Shown here in pieces: positions 27,127 to 37,651 of a stretch of 64,000 bases of DNA. The position numbers were made by a program, and so were the translations under genes. The stretch lies in assembly GCA_965223335.1 (NCBI GenBank), contig OZ244991.1, positions 1,600,001-1,664,000 of the forward strand, written 5' to 3'. Origin of the DNA: Thermodesulfobacteriota bacterium. Lineage in GTDB: Bacteria; Desulfobacterota_D; UBA1144; Nemesobacterales; UBA2774. The notes under the pieces were generated by a model, which saw only the letters and a program-made list of their open reading frames with translations, was not told the DNA's origin and did no database searches. Positions within the stretch are counted from its first letter, which is position 1. Each line of letters opens with the position of its first letter.

Positions 27127-27462
27127 TTATGTCGAGTGATTGTATTTTTTTATTGTTACCTTTTCCATAGTTACGAGCCCGCCCCTAACGGTCTCGTCCA
27201 AAAACGGCAAAAGGAGATCGATCTTATCTTCTGTGTCCACTATCTCTATCACTATGGGCAGGCTTTCTGAGAGTCGGAGAATCTTTGCGCTGTGTATAAG
27301 GCTCGATGCCCCGAACCCCATAATTCCACGGAGTACTGTTGCCCCTGCAAGGTGTAGCTCCCTTGCCCTGAGCACTATCTGTTCGAACAAAGCCTTCCCA
27401 TCGTATGTGTCCGACTCGTCTATGAATATGCGCAGTAAAACGGCTTGTTTGGGTAGTTCCAT
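27127..27462 (-). CDS. DUF190 family protein
   Basis: LLRIFIDESD, LAGATVLRGIMGFG, LSESLPIVIEIVD; directly downstream of crcB. Confidence 0.9.
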   Translation of the reverse strand: MELPKQAVLLRIFIDESDTYDGKALFEQIVLRARELHLAGATVLRGIMGFGASSLIHSAKILRLSESLPIVIEIVDTEDKIDLLLPFLDETVRGGLVTMEKVTIKKYNHST

Positions 27463-27472
27463 TTGATATATC

Positions 27473-27859
27473 CTACCTTAATAAATCTGTTAATGACCGC
27501 GTGGTTACAAACCCCAAGTACACCAACAAAATCCCTAGAAGATTGCTCAAAATTATATTTAGGGCTGCCAGTCTAAACTCACCTTCGCGAAACAATGCAA
27601 AGCTCTCGATACCGAAAGTCGAGAAAGTTGTAAAAGCCCCCAGAATTCCTATCAGTATAAATGCTCTTGTGTTGGGTGAGGTCGTTGTGATCTCAAAAAG
27701 CTGCCAAATAAACCCGATAGCGAAACAACCCACTAAATTGACAGCCAGTGTGCCCCAGGGGAATACCCCGTCCATGTATCTGTACACAATCCCGGATAGT
27801 CCGTACCTAAGTGTCGCACCAATAGCTCCGCCCAACGCTATGATAAGAATCTTGAACAT
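27473..27859 (-). CDS. crcB: Fluoride channel Fluc/CrcB
   Basis: GGAIGATLRY, FPWGTLAVNLVGCF, GILGAFTTFSTF. Confidence 0.95.
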   Translation of the reverse strand: MFKILIIALGGAIGATLRYGLSGIVYRYMDGVFPWGTLAVNLVGCFAIGFIWQLFEITTTSPNTRAFILIGILGAFTTFSTFGIESFALFREGEFRLAALNIILSNLLGILLVYLGFVTTRSLTDLLR

Positions 27860-27946
27860 GATCTTTAGCTAATGTTTGATAAACACAGGCACCTATACTT
27901 TACATCGATCTACGAATAATATGCAACTCACTAATTAATGACCTAT

Positions 27947-27981
27947 TTGCCATTGATACAGTCTACAATTATATTCAAGTT
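27947..27981 (+). promoter_or_regulatory. Promoter of tam (likely leaderless)
   Basis: TTGCCA-N17-TATATT-N6-ATG, no SD. Confidence 0.55.
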
Positions 27982-28743
27982 ATGGCGTGGAACCCCGAGC
28001 TTTACCTTAAGTATAGGGATCAGAGATTTGCCCCGTTTATAGACCTGCTCGAGCTTGTAGAGGTGCGCCATAACATAAGCGTTATTGATCTGGGCTGCGG
28101 CACAGGGGAGCTTACTAAAATCATCTCCGAGCAACTTACTGGGAGCGAGGTTGTGGGCATAGATTCATCACCTGAGATGCTCGATAAAGCCATCCCCAAG
28201 GCCAAGCCCGGCTTGGGTTTTGAACTGGGCGATATAACGAAAGTGATGGGCAAATGGGATCTGGTTATCTCAAACGCTGCGTTACAGTGGATAGAGGACC
28301 ACTCGGAACTTGTACCTAAGCTGCTCGACATGGTACGCCCCGGCGGGCAATTAGCGGTCCAGCTCCCGTCTAACCATAACCATCCCACACAGACCCTTAT
28401 GGCAGAGGTGGCAACAGAGAGGCCATTCTACGAGGCGCTTTCGGGTTGGTCACGAGTCTCGCCCGTGCTAAGCACTGAGCGGTATGCCCAGGTGCTTTAC
28501 GATAACGGTGCACTTGAGATAAAGGTGTTTGAAAAGGTGTATCCTCATGTGCTCGATAGCATAGATGCAATTGTGGGTTGGGTAAGCGGTACTGCCATGA
28601 TGCCCTATATCGAGCGACTACCGATTGAATTACACGACGAGTTTGTTAAGGTATATAAACGTAAGCTTTCCCATAGATACCCGAGAAGGCCGGTCTTTTA
28701 TCCCTTTAAGAGGACATTTTTCTCGGCCCGGGTAGCTGAGTAG
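27982..28743 (+). CDS. tam: Trans-aconitate 2-methyltransferase-like SAM-dependent methyltransferase
   Basis: WNPELYL, DLGCGTG, GIDSSPEML, SNAALQW, PGGQLAVQLP. Confidence 0.85.
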   Translation: MAWNPELYLKYRDQRFAPFIDLLELVEVRHNISVIDLGCGTGELTKIISEQLTGSEVVGIDSSPEMLDKAIPKAKPGLGFELGDITKVMGKWDLVISNAALQWIEDHSELVPKLLDMVRPGGQLAVQLPSNHNHPTQTLMAEVATERPFYEALSGWSRVSPVLSTERYAQVLYDNGALEIKVFEKVYPHVLDSIDAIVGWVSGTAMMPYIERLPIELHDEFVKVYKRKLSHRYPRRPVFYPFKRTFFSARVAE

Positions 28744-28754
28744 CAGGTGAGAAA

Positions 28755-29198
28755 ATGAAAACATATAGCCATACTCAGATCGGTTACCTAATGATAGCAA
28801 TAATGGGATTAGGTCTTTTGATGCTGACTTACTTTATGCATGCCAAAGGCACAAGCCCGCTCTTGCTGTTTGTTTTTATTGCGGTTGTGGCGGGGCTTTT
28901 GCTTTTCTTTAAGCTTAATGTTGAGGTAGATGAGACACATGTAACTGCCCGATTCGGCCCGGGGTTTATAAGCAAGAAGATTGCCCTTGCGGATATTGAA
29001 TCTTTCCAAACGGTAAGGAACCCATGGTACTACGGATGGGGGTTAAAGAGGATACCAAAAGGCTGGATGTATAATGTCTCTGGTTTTAGTGCAGTCGAAC
29101 TCAAATTGGCGGATGGTCAGGTTTTTCGTATAGGTACAGACGAACCCGAGGCTCTAGAGAGAGCCATTTCAAACGCGATTGGACACCGCTCTCATTGA
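28755..29198 (+). CDS. Hypothetical membrane protein (2 TM plus PH-like soluble domain)
   Basis: Two N-terminal TM helices, YGWGLK, RIGTDEPEAL. Confidence 0.75.
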   Translation: MKTYSHTQIGYLMIAIMGLGLLMLTYFMHAKGTSPLLLFVFIAVVAGLLLFFKLNVEVDETHVTARFGPGFISKKIALADIESFQTVRNPWYYGWGLKRIPKGWMYNVSGFSAVELKLADGQVFRIGTDEPEALERAISNAIGHRSH

Positions 29199-29265
29199 GC
29201 AGGGCTTATGTGATGCAGTTCGTTAGCAATCCGATTATAGTAAATACACTTAAGGTTGGCTCAAT

Positions 29266-29305
29266 AAAAAAGTCCCCCTAAGTCTCTGCAGACCTAGGAG
29301 GACTT
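29266..29305 (-). terminator. Rho-independent terminator (minus strand)
   Basis: AAGTCCTCCTAGGTCT-GCAG-AGACTTAGGGGGACTT, a 16-bp stem with two G-U pairs, followed by a T-run. Confidence 0.8.
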
Positions 29306-29335
29306 AAGAGAAGCAAAAGGCAAATTGTGTGTAAA

Positions 29336-29419
29336 TCACGCAATAGTAATGATTAATAAGCCTGCAAAAATAATCGAGTACAAGGCGAGATCTGAGAAAC
29401 CGTATTTAGCTTTAGTCAT
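29336..29419 (-). CDS. Putative 27-aa single-TM peptide
   Basis: MTKAKYGFSDLALYSIIFAGLLIITIA; AGAGG SD 6 nt upstream; candidate promoter TTGATG-N18-TAATAT; terminator 30 nt downstream. Confidence 0.55.
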   Translation of the reverse strand: MTKAKYGFSDLALYSIIFAGLLIITIA

Positions 29420-29650
29420 AGTTTGCCTCTACCCTGTATATTACATTAGAAATAAGGGTGTCATCAAGATTTAATTTTGCTTAATACAAAAGTTCTATAT
29501 CTATTCAATCACTTACAACTTTAGTATTGGAAAGATATATGTTTCAAGATGTAAATTAAAGCGTTTGAGTAAATAAAGTTGAGAATCAACATGCACGTGA
29601 ATAGGTATCTATTGAAAGCATCAATCAGTTGACCATCCCATGCTATTATG

Positions 29651-31078
29651 CTAAAGCTCCCCGGGATTGATCTCTTCCAGAGATCTGCCTTTTGTATCGA
29701 CCTTGAATAGTGCAGTTACAACTAGACCTACTATGGAACAGGCTGCAACTGCCAAAAGTGTAAAAGATACACCGACCTTATCCTTTATGATGGGCAACAT
29801 GAATATTCCCAGAGCGGCACCTAGTTTTGCCCCTGAAGTGGCAAGTCCGTGGGCGGAGGCTCTAAGTTTGGTCGGATACAACTCGGCAGGAAGTATGAAA
29901 GTCGTAGCGTTTGGACCCATGTTCATAAATAGGTTAAAGAGCATGAAACCTATAAGTATTATAAGAAGATGAGATGTACTTGCTCCGACACTCAAACCGG
30001 CCCAGGCCAATAAACCCAGGCCAACTGTCATGCCAGCAAAGCCCACTATTTGTAGTTTGATACGGCCCCATTTCTCGACCAGCCAGATGTTGAGAAGAAA
30101 CCCTACTATCAAGAATATATCCAATAATGCCGCTCCCTCTGTAGACGCCAGATCCTGGGCAATAAATGAACCGTCATTTCTAAACGCCATTACAGCTAGG
30201 ATTGTAGGTGTGAATATACCGACACCATATGTAGCAATATCCATCATGAACCAGGGTACAATCGAGAGGACTGTCCGTCTCAAGTATCTCTTAGTAAGCA
30301 GTGTCGAGTAACCAACTGTCTGTTCTTTGACTTCTTTCACATGCTCGATGCCCTCGGATACAAGATCGCGTAATTCCTGTGTTTTTGCAGGGACTATCAA
30401 CGTTAGAACATCTATAGCCTTTTCTACCTTTCCTTTACCTAGCAGCCAACGCGGGCTCTCGGGCACAGTGGTACGTAGAATAAGGACTACTATTGCCGGG
30501 ATTGTGCCTGCAACAAGCATCCACCGCCATGCACCCTCGTCTGGGTGAATTTTTAGGATCAGAAGCCCGGTCGCAGCGCCAGTAAGCATACCAAGCGCCT
30601 GGAAACTAAAAGCCCCGATCAGCATCCTTCCACGGATATTTCGCGGCATGAACTCAGAAACATAGGACGCACAGATCGGATAATCCACACCTATCCCCAC
30701 ACCCAGGAGAAATCTGAATGCGATCAGTGAGTATACATCCCATGAGATAGCTGTTAAAAAGCTAAAAAGTATAAAAAACGATAGATCGATCAGATATAGC
30801 GCTTTCCTTCCATAGCGGTCTGTAAACCTTCCCCCTACCGATGCCCCTATAATTGTGCCGAGGACTGCAGATGCCCCTATAAGTCCCATCACAGTAGGGT
30901 CTGGGTCAAACTGTCTATTGATCAGTGGCAGAGCTACACCGATTATGAACAGGTCGAATCCATCCAAAAATACCCCCATTGCAGATAGAGTCCATACTCT
31001 CCAATGCAAGGGTTTTAGTGTTGTTTCATCAAGGGCTTTGTTCAGTTCGTGAGTGAAATGTTGAGGGTCTTGAGCCAT
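29651..31078 (-). CDS. MFS transporter (sugar porter / phosphate:H+ symporter-like)
   Basis: DRYGRK, RFLLGVGIGVDYP, SEFMP..IRG, PESPRWL, PAELYPT, DTKGRSLEEI. Confidence 0.92.
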   Translation of the reverse strand: MAQDPQHFTHELNKALDETTLKPLHWRVWTLSAMGVFLDGFDLFIIGVALPLINRQFDPDPTVMGLIGASAVLGTIIGASVGGRFTDRYGRKALYLIDLSFFILFSFLTAISWDVYSLIAFRFLLGVGIGVDYPICASYVSEFMPRNIRGRMLIGAFSFQALGMLTGAATGLLILKIHPDEGAWRWMLVAGTIPAIVVLILRTTVPESPRWLLGKGKVEKAIDVLTLIVPAKTQELRDLVSEGIEHVKEVKEQTVGYSTLLTKRYLRRTVLSIVPWFMMDIATYGVGIFTPTILAVMAFRNDGSFIAQDLASTEGAALLDIFLIVGFLLNIWLVEKWGRIKLQIVGFAGMTVGLGLLAWAGLSVGASTSHLLIILIGFMLFNLFMNMGPNATTFILPAELYPTKLRASAHGLATSGAKLGAALGIFMLPIIKDKVGVSFTLLAVAACSIVGLVVTALFKVDTKGRSLEEINPGEL

Positions 31079-31208
31079 TGAACTTGCAGGATTATATACC
31101 GTATAGTAATAAAATATCCAATAGTTTGATGTTGTTATATCTTGTCATATTGGGTACAGGACAGCGTTTATACTAGGTTAAGCCTGATCGAGATCTGTAG
31201 GCAGGAGA

Positions 31209-32555
31209 CTAGTGCCCCACACGCTCTACTATCACTTTTAATCCGTTTTTGGGGCGTGTGGTGATAAGGGGTTGGGGAGTGACGGTTTGCTTGGGGACCA
31301 GGTGGAGATTCCACCTAGACGCTATCGCGGCAAGAATAAGTACTCCCTCCATCCACGCGAAAGGCTCCCCAATGCATCGCCTCGGGCCTCCACCGAACGG
31401 GAAGTATGCAAACTTGGGCAAGTTCTTTTCCATCTCATTCGTCCATCTCCCGGGGTTAAACATCTCGGGATTGTCATAGAACTTGGGGTTACGATGCACC
31501 ACATGTTCACTCATCATAATATCCGAGCCCCCCGGCAGCAGGTACCCATTAACCTGGTAGTCCTCTTTTATCCGCCTTACTACAGCCCACGCCGGCGGAT
31601 AGAGGCGTAGGGATTCTTTAAAAATTTTCTCTGTGTAGCGGAGCTGTCCTAAATCGGTCACATTCGGCAGCCGCCCGCCTAGGACCTGTGCCAACTCATC
31701 TTGTAGCCTGGCCCTGACCTCCGGGTGTTGGGCTACCAGATACCATGTCCAGCTAAGCGCATTTGCCATGCTCTCTTGGCCCGCCAAAAAAAGGGTCATG
31801 ACCTCATCCCGGACCTCTTCGTTGCTCATGGTATAACCCTCGTTTTCCGGGTCCTGCGACCGAAGTAGCATAGTGAGCAGGTCGTCCCTACCTCTGGGAT
31901 CGTTACGCCTCTCCTCTATCATCCGATAGACGATGTTGTTTAGCGTGCTAAGGGCGTTCTCACACCTGCGGTTGCTGGGTAGAGGCAGGTCATCTAAGAG
32001 TTCTGAGTATGGAAATGCAAACCGTGGGAATAGGTTTACCAAGTCGGTGATTGCTTTGCCTATGGCCCGGGTCTGCTCTTTTAGGTCTACGTCGAGCACG
32101 GTTTTTGTTATTATTGCGAGAGTAAGCCGCATCATCTCTTTATGAATGTCTAGTACCTGACCGTTTTTCCAATCCATGCCCAGTTCCAAGGCGTACTGGG
32201 CCATAACATCCCCGTATTTCTGGATTCTTTTGTGATGGAATACGGGTTGAATAGTGCGTCTGTGTTTTAGGTGTTGTTCACCTTCACTGGTTAGCAGTCC
32301 CTCTCCGAGCACAAATTTAGAGCGTTCGAGCGCCCTGCTCTTACGAAAGTTTCTGTGGTTTGTAACAAGCACGTCCTTTATATGCTCGGGGTTGTTCAAT
32401 AAAAACATTCTGCGTTTGCCGAGCTTAAAATGGACTATGTCCCCGTATTTTTCAGACACCTTCATTAGGAATCCGAAAACGTCACCATAGAACTCAAACA
32501 GTGAACCTACTAAAGGCAGCCCTCTAGGCCCTGGGGGTAAGAACGGATTTTTCAT
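31209..32555 (-). CDS. Cytochrome P450
   Basis: PPGPRGLP, ExxR (ESLR), heme motif FPFGGGPRRCIG, I-helix AGQES. Confidence 0.95.
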   Translation of the reverse strand: MKNPFLPPGPRGLPLVGSLFEFYGDVFGFLMKVSEKYGDIVHFKLGKRRMFLLNNPEHIKDVLVTNHRNFRKSRALERSKFVLGEGLLTSEGEQHLKHRRTIQPVFHHKRIQKYGDVMAQYALELGMDWKNGQVLDIHKEMMRLTLAIITKTVLDVDLKEQTRAIGKAITDLVNLFPRFAFPYSELLDDLPLPSNRRCENALSTLNNIVYRMIEERRNDPRGRDDLLTMLLRSQDPENEGYTMSNEEVRDEVMTLFLAGQESMANALSWTWYLVAQHPEVRARLQDELAQVLGGRLPNVTDLGQLRYTEKIFKESLRLYPPAWAVVRRIKEDYQVNGYLLPGGSDIMMSEHVVHRNPKFYDNPEMFNPGRWTNEMEKNLPKFAYFPFGGGPRRCIGEPFAWMEGVLILAAIASRWNLHLVPKQTVTPQPLITTRPKNGLKVIVERVGH

Positions 32556-32599
32556 ATCGTTAGACCAAACTGCTTGCTATCTAAGTTACATTGTTGTTT

Positions 32600-33484
32600 T
32601 TACGGTAGTGGTATGTCTTCGAAATTGAATGGAACTTTCTTTATAGAATCCGGTGTGGCTATATAGATAATGAGTTCAGTGTCAGGCGGGGGTGTAGAGT
32701 TCTCAAACGAGTATGTATGGAAGTCGCCCATGCGCGAGCGGCTCCACGCTTTAATCCGATTGCCCTCTTTGTCCTGGAACCCGAGGTCTACAATTTTTTC
32801 GTTGGGGTCTTTTACAAAGAACTGCAGGCTGTTCTCCTCTTCGGACATAAGTGCTCCGAACATCCCCGAGAAGAGCTCTGCAAACGCTGCGCCGAACTGC
32901 TCTGTGGCCTTGTCCAGGTCCGCTTTGTTCGCCTCGTCAAACTCCTTCTTTTTAGCCTCGTAGCTCTCTTTGGTAAGGTACATTACCTGTATGTCGTTAT
33001 CTTTTAGCGTCTTGGCCCCGATGGGCTCACTCGGGTTCGTCATAAACCCCTCTACAATGAGTTTGCTGCCTGTTTTTACCGAGGGTTGAAATAGCTCAAC
33101 CTCACCCGAGAGTGTTTTAATTACCTCGGCTTTACGTGCAGGGTTTTTAAGGCTTATTTTGTCGTCTATCGTGGAGCTGCTGTCTGTGTTCGGGTTAAAG
33201 AAGGTTGAGAACTGATTCTCTTCTTTGATCAAATTGCGTCCTGTGTCATCTGTAGCCTCTTTGATTATCACATCCCTTACACCTAGCGAGTCTGCGACAT
33301 CATCCCCTGTAATTTTTAGCTCCACCTCACATTCGGCAAAAAACTGTCCAGTGGTACGTTTGTCGGTAATATCACCCAGTATTACCCTTGCGTCCGATCC
33401 ATATGCGTCGTATTGTGTGAACAGTAGCAGGTTAGCTATCACTAGAGCACAAACCACAATCAAATTAGAGTTCATCCGTATCAT
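32600..33484 (-). CDS. Hypothetical exported protein
   Basis: N-terminal signal-like hydrophobic stretch; beta-rich; ends VPFNFEDIPLP; AGGAG SD. Confidence 0.7.
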   Translation of the reverse strand: MIRMNSNLIVVCALVIANLLLFTQYDAYGSDARVILGDITDKRTTGQFFAECEVELKITGDDVADSLGVRDVIIKEATDDTGRNLIKEENQFSTFFNPNTDSSSTIDDKISLKNPARKAEVIKTLSGEVELFQPSVKTGSKLIVEGFMTNPSEPIGAKTLKDNDIQVMYLTKESYEAKKKEFDEANKADLDKATEQFGAAFAELFSGMFGALMSEEENSLQFFVKDPNEKIVDLGFQDKEGNRIKAWSRSRMGDFHTYSFENSTPPPDTELIIYIATPDSIKKVPFNFEDIPLP

Positions 33485-33731
33485 ATCTAGTCTCCTTGGC
33501 CCGGTTGTAGATCCGATATTCGAATCTGCGATCTAAAGCTTAACAATAACGCCATATCTATCTAAATCAAGTGGGAATCAATAGAATTATAGGTTCCATA
33601 TTCCAGACTTCCACAACAATTGTATTGAGCACTCATACAGTTACAGTGTGCTATTCTAGGAGCTCCGAGCGTTTGCGACTATTGAGGATAATAGTGTAGA
33701 TTATTAAAATTCTCATGAATCAAAGATTATT

Positions 33732-34190
33732 ATGGAAAGCATAAAAACACTTAGGTTTATATTGAAAGAGTATAAGAATATTGCTGTGGTCGGTTTATCG
33801 GCAAATTGGCATAGGCCGAGCAATTTCGCTGCAAAGTATCTCCAAGAGCACGGGTACCGCGTGATTCCTGTTAACCCGGCCTACAAGGAGGTGCTGGGCG
33901 AAAAATGCTATCCGAGCCTTTTGGATATTGAGGAAAAAGTAGAAGTAGTAGATATATTCCGGCGTCCCAAAGACGTACCACCCATAGTAGAGGATGCGAT
34001 AACCATTGGGGCCAAGGTTGTTTGGATGCAGATTGGTGTTATAAATGAAGAGGCTAAAAAGAGGGCCGAGGAAGCGGGTTTACTTGTAGTGATGAACAGG
34101 TGTATGAAAATAGAGCATGCGAGGCTTTTTGGCGGTATTAACTATGTGGGTGTGAACAGGGATTTAATATCATCTAAAAGGTCAGCATGA
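33732..34190 (+). CDS. CoA-binding domain protein (YccU-like)
   Basis: [36 protein letters not shown]. Confidence 0.92.
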   Translation: MESIKTLRFILKEYKNIAVVGLSANWHRPSNFAAKYLQEHGYRVIPVNPAYKEVLGEKCYPSLLDIEEKVEVVDIFRRPKDVPPIVEDAITIGAKVVWMQIGVINEEAKKRAEEAGLLVVMNRCMKIEHARLFGGINYVGVNRDLISSKRSA

Positions 34191-34263
34191 TAGCAAACCC
34201 GGGCTAAGGGATTTTCTTTTTAGTGTTATTGCTTTTAAAAATAAAATACAGGGAGAAAAAGAT

Positions 34264-35553
34264 ATGGCAGATAGAAAATATGGTTTTGAGACACGTTGTA
34301 TCCATGCTGGTCAGCTACCCGATCCCACCACAGGGTCGAGAGCAACACCGATTTACCAAACCACTTCTTATGTGTTCAATGACACAGATCACGCTGCAAG
34401 TCTCTTTAATCTCCAGACCTTCGGCAATATCTACACCCGTATCATGAACCCCACAAACGCGGTGCTCGAAGAAAGGATCGCATCGCTTGAGGGCGGGAGG
34501 GCAGCTCTAGCCGTGTCGTCGGGTATGGCTGCTCAGATGGTAGCCCTACTCACAATCTTAAAAACCGGTGACGAGGTAGTGTCCTCGAGCACACTCTACG
34601 GCGGTACCTTCACTCAGTTCGACTTCAATTTCAGGAAGATTGGGATCGATGTAAAGTTTGTAAACCCCGACGATCCCGAAAATTTCCGTTCTGCAATAAC
34701 CGATAAAACTAAAGCGATCTATGGTGAGACCATAAGCAATCCCCTCGGCAATGTACTCGACATTGAGGCTGTGGCCGAGATCGCCCATGAAGCGGGCCTC
34801 CCGCTTATAATAGACAATACATTCGCTACCCCCTACCTCTGCCGGCCGTTTGAGCACGGTGCCGATATCGTCGTGCATTCGGCTACCAAGTTTATAGGCG
34901 GGCACGGGACCTCGATTGGGGGAGTGTTGGTGGAGTCAGGAAAATTCCCATGGGATAACGGCAATTTCCCCGATATGATAGAGCCCTCTAAGGGCTATCA
35001 TGGTGTGAGGTTTTATGAAACATTCGGGGACTTCGGCTATACGATGAAAGCCCGCTGCGAGATGCTTCGTCCTTTCGGCCCGGCTCTAAGCCCCTTTAAC
35101 GCGTTTTTGTTTCTACAGGGGCTGGAGACGCTTAACCTGCGTATGGACAGGCACTGTGCAAACGCCAGAGGGGTTGTGGAGTTTTTAGAGAACCATCCCC
35201 AGGTCACTTGGATAAACTACCCCGGACTTCCCTCGAGCAAGTACTATGAGCTCAGCCAAAAGTACCTGCCCAAAGGGGCGGGCTCTATCTTTACATTCGG
35301 CATTAAGGGAGGGCTTGGGGCAGGGCAAAAGTTCATCGAGAGCTTAGATATGCTAAGCCACCTTGCTAACGTGGGCGACGCCAAAACGCTCATTATACAC
35401 CCTGCGTCTACCACCCACCGCCAGTTAGACGAACAGCAGCAAGAGAGTGCGGGTGTGACTCCCGATATGATAAGGATATCGGTAGGGCTTGAGACACTTG
35501 ACGACATTATCTGGGACATAGACCAGGCATTGGCAAAGTGCGGGGGTTCGTAG
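34264..35553 (+). CDS. metY: O-acetylhomoserine sulfhydrylase
   Basis: [28 protein letters not shown] (PLP Lys), [19 protein letters not shown]. Confidence 0.94.
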   Translation: MADRKYGFETRCIHAGQLPDPTTGSRATPIYQTTSYVFNDTDHAASLFNLQTFGNIYTRIMNPTNAVLEERIASLEGGRAALAVSSGMAAQMVALLTILKTGDEVVSSSTLYGGTFTQFDFNFRKIGIDVKFVNPDDPENFRSAITDKTKAIYGETISNPLGNVLDIEAVAEIAHEAGLPLIIDNTFATPYLCRPFEHGADIVVHSATKFIGGHGTSIGGVLVESGKFPWDNGNFPDMIEPSKGYHGVRFYETFGDFGYTMKARCEMLRPFGPALSPFNAFLFLQGLETLNLRMDRHCANARGVVEFLENHPQVTWINYPGLPSSKYYELSQKYLPKGAGSIFTFGIKGGLGAGQKFIESLDMLSHLANVGDAKTLIIHPASTTHRQLDEQQQESAGVTPDMIRISVGLETLDDIIWDIDQALAKCGGS

Positions 35554-35590
35554 CTGCCCGGGAGTGTTGACTGGGTCTACGGGGGCAAAT

Positions 35591-36760
35591 ATGACAGATA
35601 AACAGTATGGAGAGTCTCCCGTAATTATTAGGGAAGAAGGTTCAGTCGGTATCGTTCAAACGAATTACCATACCTTTGCCCACCCACCCGATACCTTCTT
35701 GATGGATAACGGCTCTACTCTAAACGATATAACGGTTGCGTATGAGACCTACGGCGTTTTAAACAATAGCAAAGATAACGCGGTGTTGATTGAGCACGCC
35801 CTTACCGCCAGCGCTCATGCTGCCGGTAGACACCATACTGACGATAAGTACCCCGGCTGGTGGGATGTGATGATCGGGCCGGGCAAGGCATTCGATACCA
35901 ACAAATATTTTGTTGTTTGTTCCAACATCCTAGGCGGGTGTTATGGCACCACCGGCCCCTCTTCCACAGACCCAGACACGGGCAAACCATATGGGATGAG
36001 GTTCCCCGTGACTACTATCTCCGATATGGTGAGGGTCCAAAAAGAGCTCGTTGAGCATTTGGGCATAAAGCGGCTGCGGACTATTGCTGGCGGGTCCATG
36101 GGCGGGATGCAGGCGCTTGAGTGGGCGCTTTTATACCCCGAGATGGTAGATTCGATTATTTTGATAGCTACCGCCGCACGCTCATCCCCCCAGTCCATAG
36201 CAATCCATAAGGTAGGCACACAGGCCATAGTGCACGACCCCAACTGGCAGGACGGTGACTATTACGACGGCACCCCTCCTGCGAATGGACTGGCAATCGC
36301 ACGGATGCTTGGACATATCACATACCTTAGCGACGACTGGCTTTGGGAGAAGTTCGGGCGTGAACACAAAGACCCCGAGAACATGAAGCTTGAGATTGAC
36401 AGTAATTTCGAGATTGAGAACTACCTGGTGCATCAGGGCAGGAAATTTATAGATAGATTTGATCCCAACAGCTACCTCTACATTATGCGTGCCATAGACA
36501 TTTACGACGCCTCCTGGGGTTACGAAAGCCTCGTGGAATCATTTGCACGCATAAAGTGCAAGAGGGTGTGTGTTAAGTCTTTTTCTGCCGATTGGCTCTA
36601 CCCCTCTTACCAGTCGCGCGAGATAGTGGATGCGATGCTCGCTAACGACATCGATGTAGAGTACCGAGAGATCAATTCTCCCTACGGGCACGACTCCTTT
36701 TTGCTAGAGTACGAAGCACTCACACCGTCTATAGTTGATTTCATAGAATCGCTCACTTAA
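35591..36760 (+). CDS. metX: Homoserine O-acetyltransferase
   Basis: YETYG, HALT, NILGGCYGTTGP, GGSMGGMQ, GHDSFL; ATG at 35591. Confidence 0.93.
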   Translation: MTDKQYGESPVIIREEGSVGIVQTNYHTFAHPPDTFLMDNGSTLNDITVAYETYGVLNNSKDNAVLIEHALTASAHAAGRHHTDDKYPGWWDVMIGPGKAFDTNKYFVVCSNILGGCYGTTGPSSTDPDTGKPYGMRFPVTTISDMVRVQKELVEHLGIKRLRTIAGGSMGGMQALEWALLYPEMVDSIILIATAARSSPQSIAIHKVGTQAIVHDPNWQDGDYYDGTPPANGLAIARMLGHITYLSDDWLWEKFGREHKDPENMKLEIDSNFEIENYLVHQGRKFIDRFDPNSYLYIMRAIDIYDASWGYESLVESFARIKCKRVCVKSFSADWLYPSYQSREIVDAMLANDIDVEYREINSPYGHDSFLLEYEALTPSIVDFIESLT

Positions 36761-36769
36761 CATACGGTT

Positions 36770-37651
36770 ATGAAACTAGGTCTTGCACTCGGGGGTGGGG
36801 GGGCAAAGGGCTTTGCGCATCTCGGTGTGCTCGAGGTGCTTGGGGACGCGGGCATTGAGTTTGATGTCGTTGCCGGCACCAGCATAGGTTCGCTCATCGG
36901 CGCAGCCTACGCATCGGACAGCATGGAAAAGTTACATAAAATCGCAAACGACATAAACCTGCTGGATATCCCGCTATTGCTCGGGCCCACCTGGCCGTCC
37001 AAAGGGTTTTTCAGCGGTGCCAGGGTGCTTAGAATTCTAGACCAGTGTGTAAGTGTAAAAAACATAGAGGAGTTGAAAAAACCCTATGCCGCCGTGGCTG
37101 TGGACTTAAACAGTGCAGAGACTGTGACATTCACAAAGGGAGAGCTTAGGACCGCGGTAAGGGCGAGCATCTCAATCCCGGGGGTTTTTAAACCGGTAGA
37201 GTTCGAGGGAAAACTCCTTGTGGACGGAGGGATTCTGGAGCCGCTGCCTGTTGCTGCTGTAAAATCTCTGGGGGCCGATCTGGTAGTGGCTTGCGATCTC
37301 TTGAGTAACCTCGAGGGTTCAAAGCATTACGAGCAAAAGAGCAGATCATCCTTTTACGATTACCTCCGCACGTTTAGTGAAAAGTTATATGTTGAGAAAT
37401 GGTTCGAGGGTAAGGATAACGGCGGCTCCGAGAAATCTATTGTGAGTATAATACAGCGGAGTTCGGTTACGGCACAAAGAAAACTTACCGAGTATAACTC
37501 CATCGCCAACCCGGCCGATCTAGTCATCTCCCCGCCTGTGGCAAACGTAGGGGTCATGGATTTTCACAGGGGCCAATCGATAATAGAGATCGGGCGGAGG
37601 GAGGCCGAGAGGGCCCTGCCCAAGTTAAAACGACTGCTCAAGCAGCATTAA
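36770..37651 (+). CDS. Patatin-like phospholipase (RssA/NTE family)
   Basis: GGGGAKG, GTSIG nucleophile elbow, DGG. Confidence 0.92.
   Translation: MKLGLALGGGGAKGFAHLGVLEVLGDAGIEFDVVAGTSIGSLIGAAYASDSMEKLHKIANDINLLDIPLLLGPTWPSKGFFSGARVLRILDQCVSVKNIEELKKPYAAVAVDLNSAETVTFTKGELRTAVRASISIPGVFKPVEFEGKLLVDGGILEPLPVAAVKSLGADLVVACDLLSNLEGSKHYEQKSRSSFYDYLRTFSEKLYVEKWFEGKDNGGSEKSIVSIIQRSSVTAQRKLTEYNSIANPADLVISPPVANVGVMDFHRGQSIIEIGRREAERALPKLKRLLKQH

Noticed and set aside
27860..27981. Fluoride riboswitch upstream of crcB
   Set aside because: No GGCGATGG..CGCC / TGATG-type consensus on the minus strand; the region is partly occupied by the divergent tam promoter.
29578..29625. FNR-like boxes (TTGAGAATCAA, TTGAAAGCATCAA)
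   Set aside because: Spacing does not fit TTGAT-N4-ATCAA.
33485..34263. SAM riboswitch or T-box upstream of metY/metX
   Set aside because: No recognisable SAM-I/II core or T-box motif in either intergenic segment.
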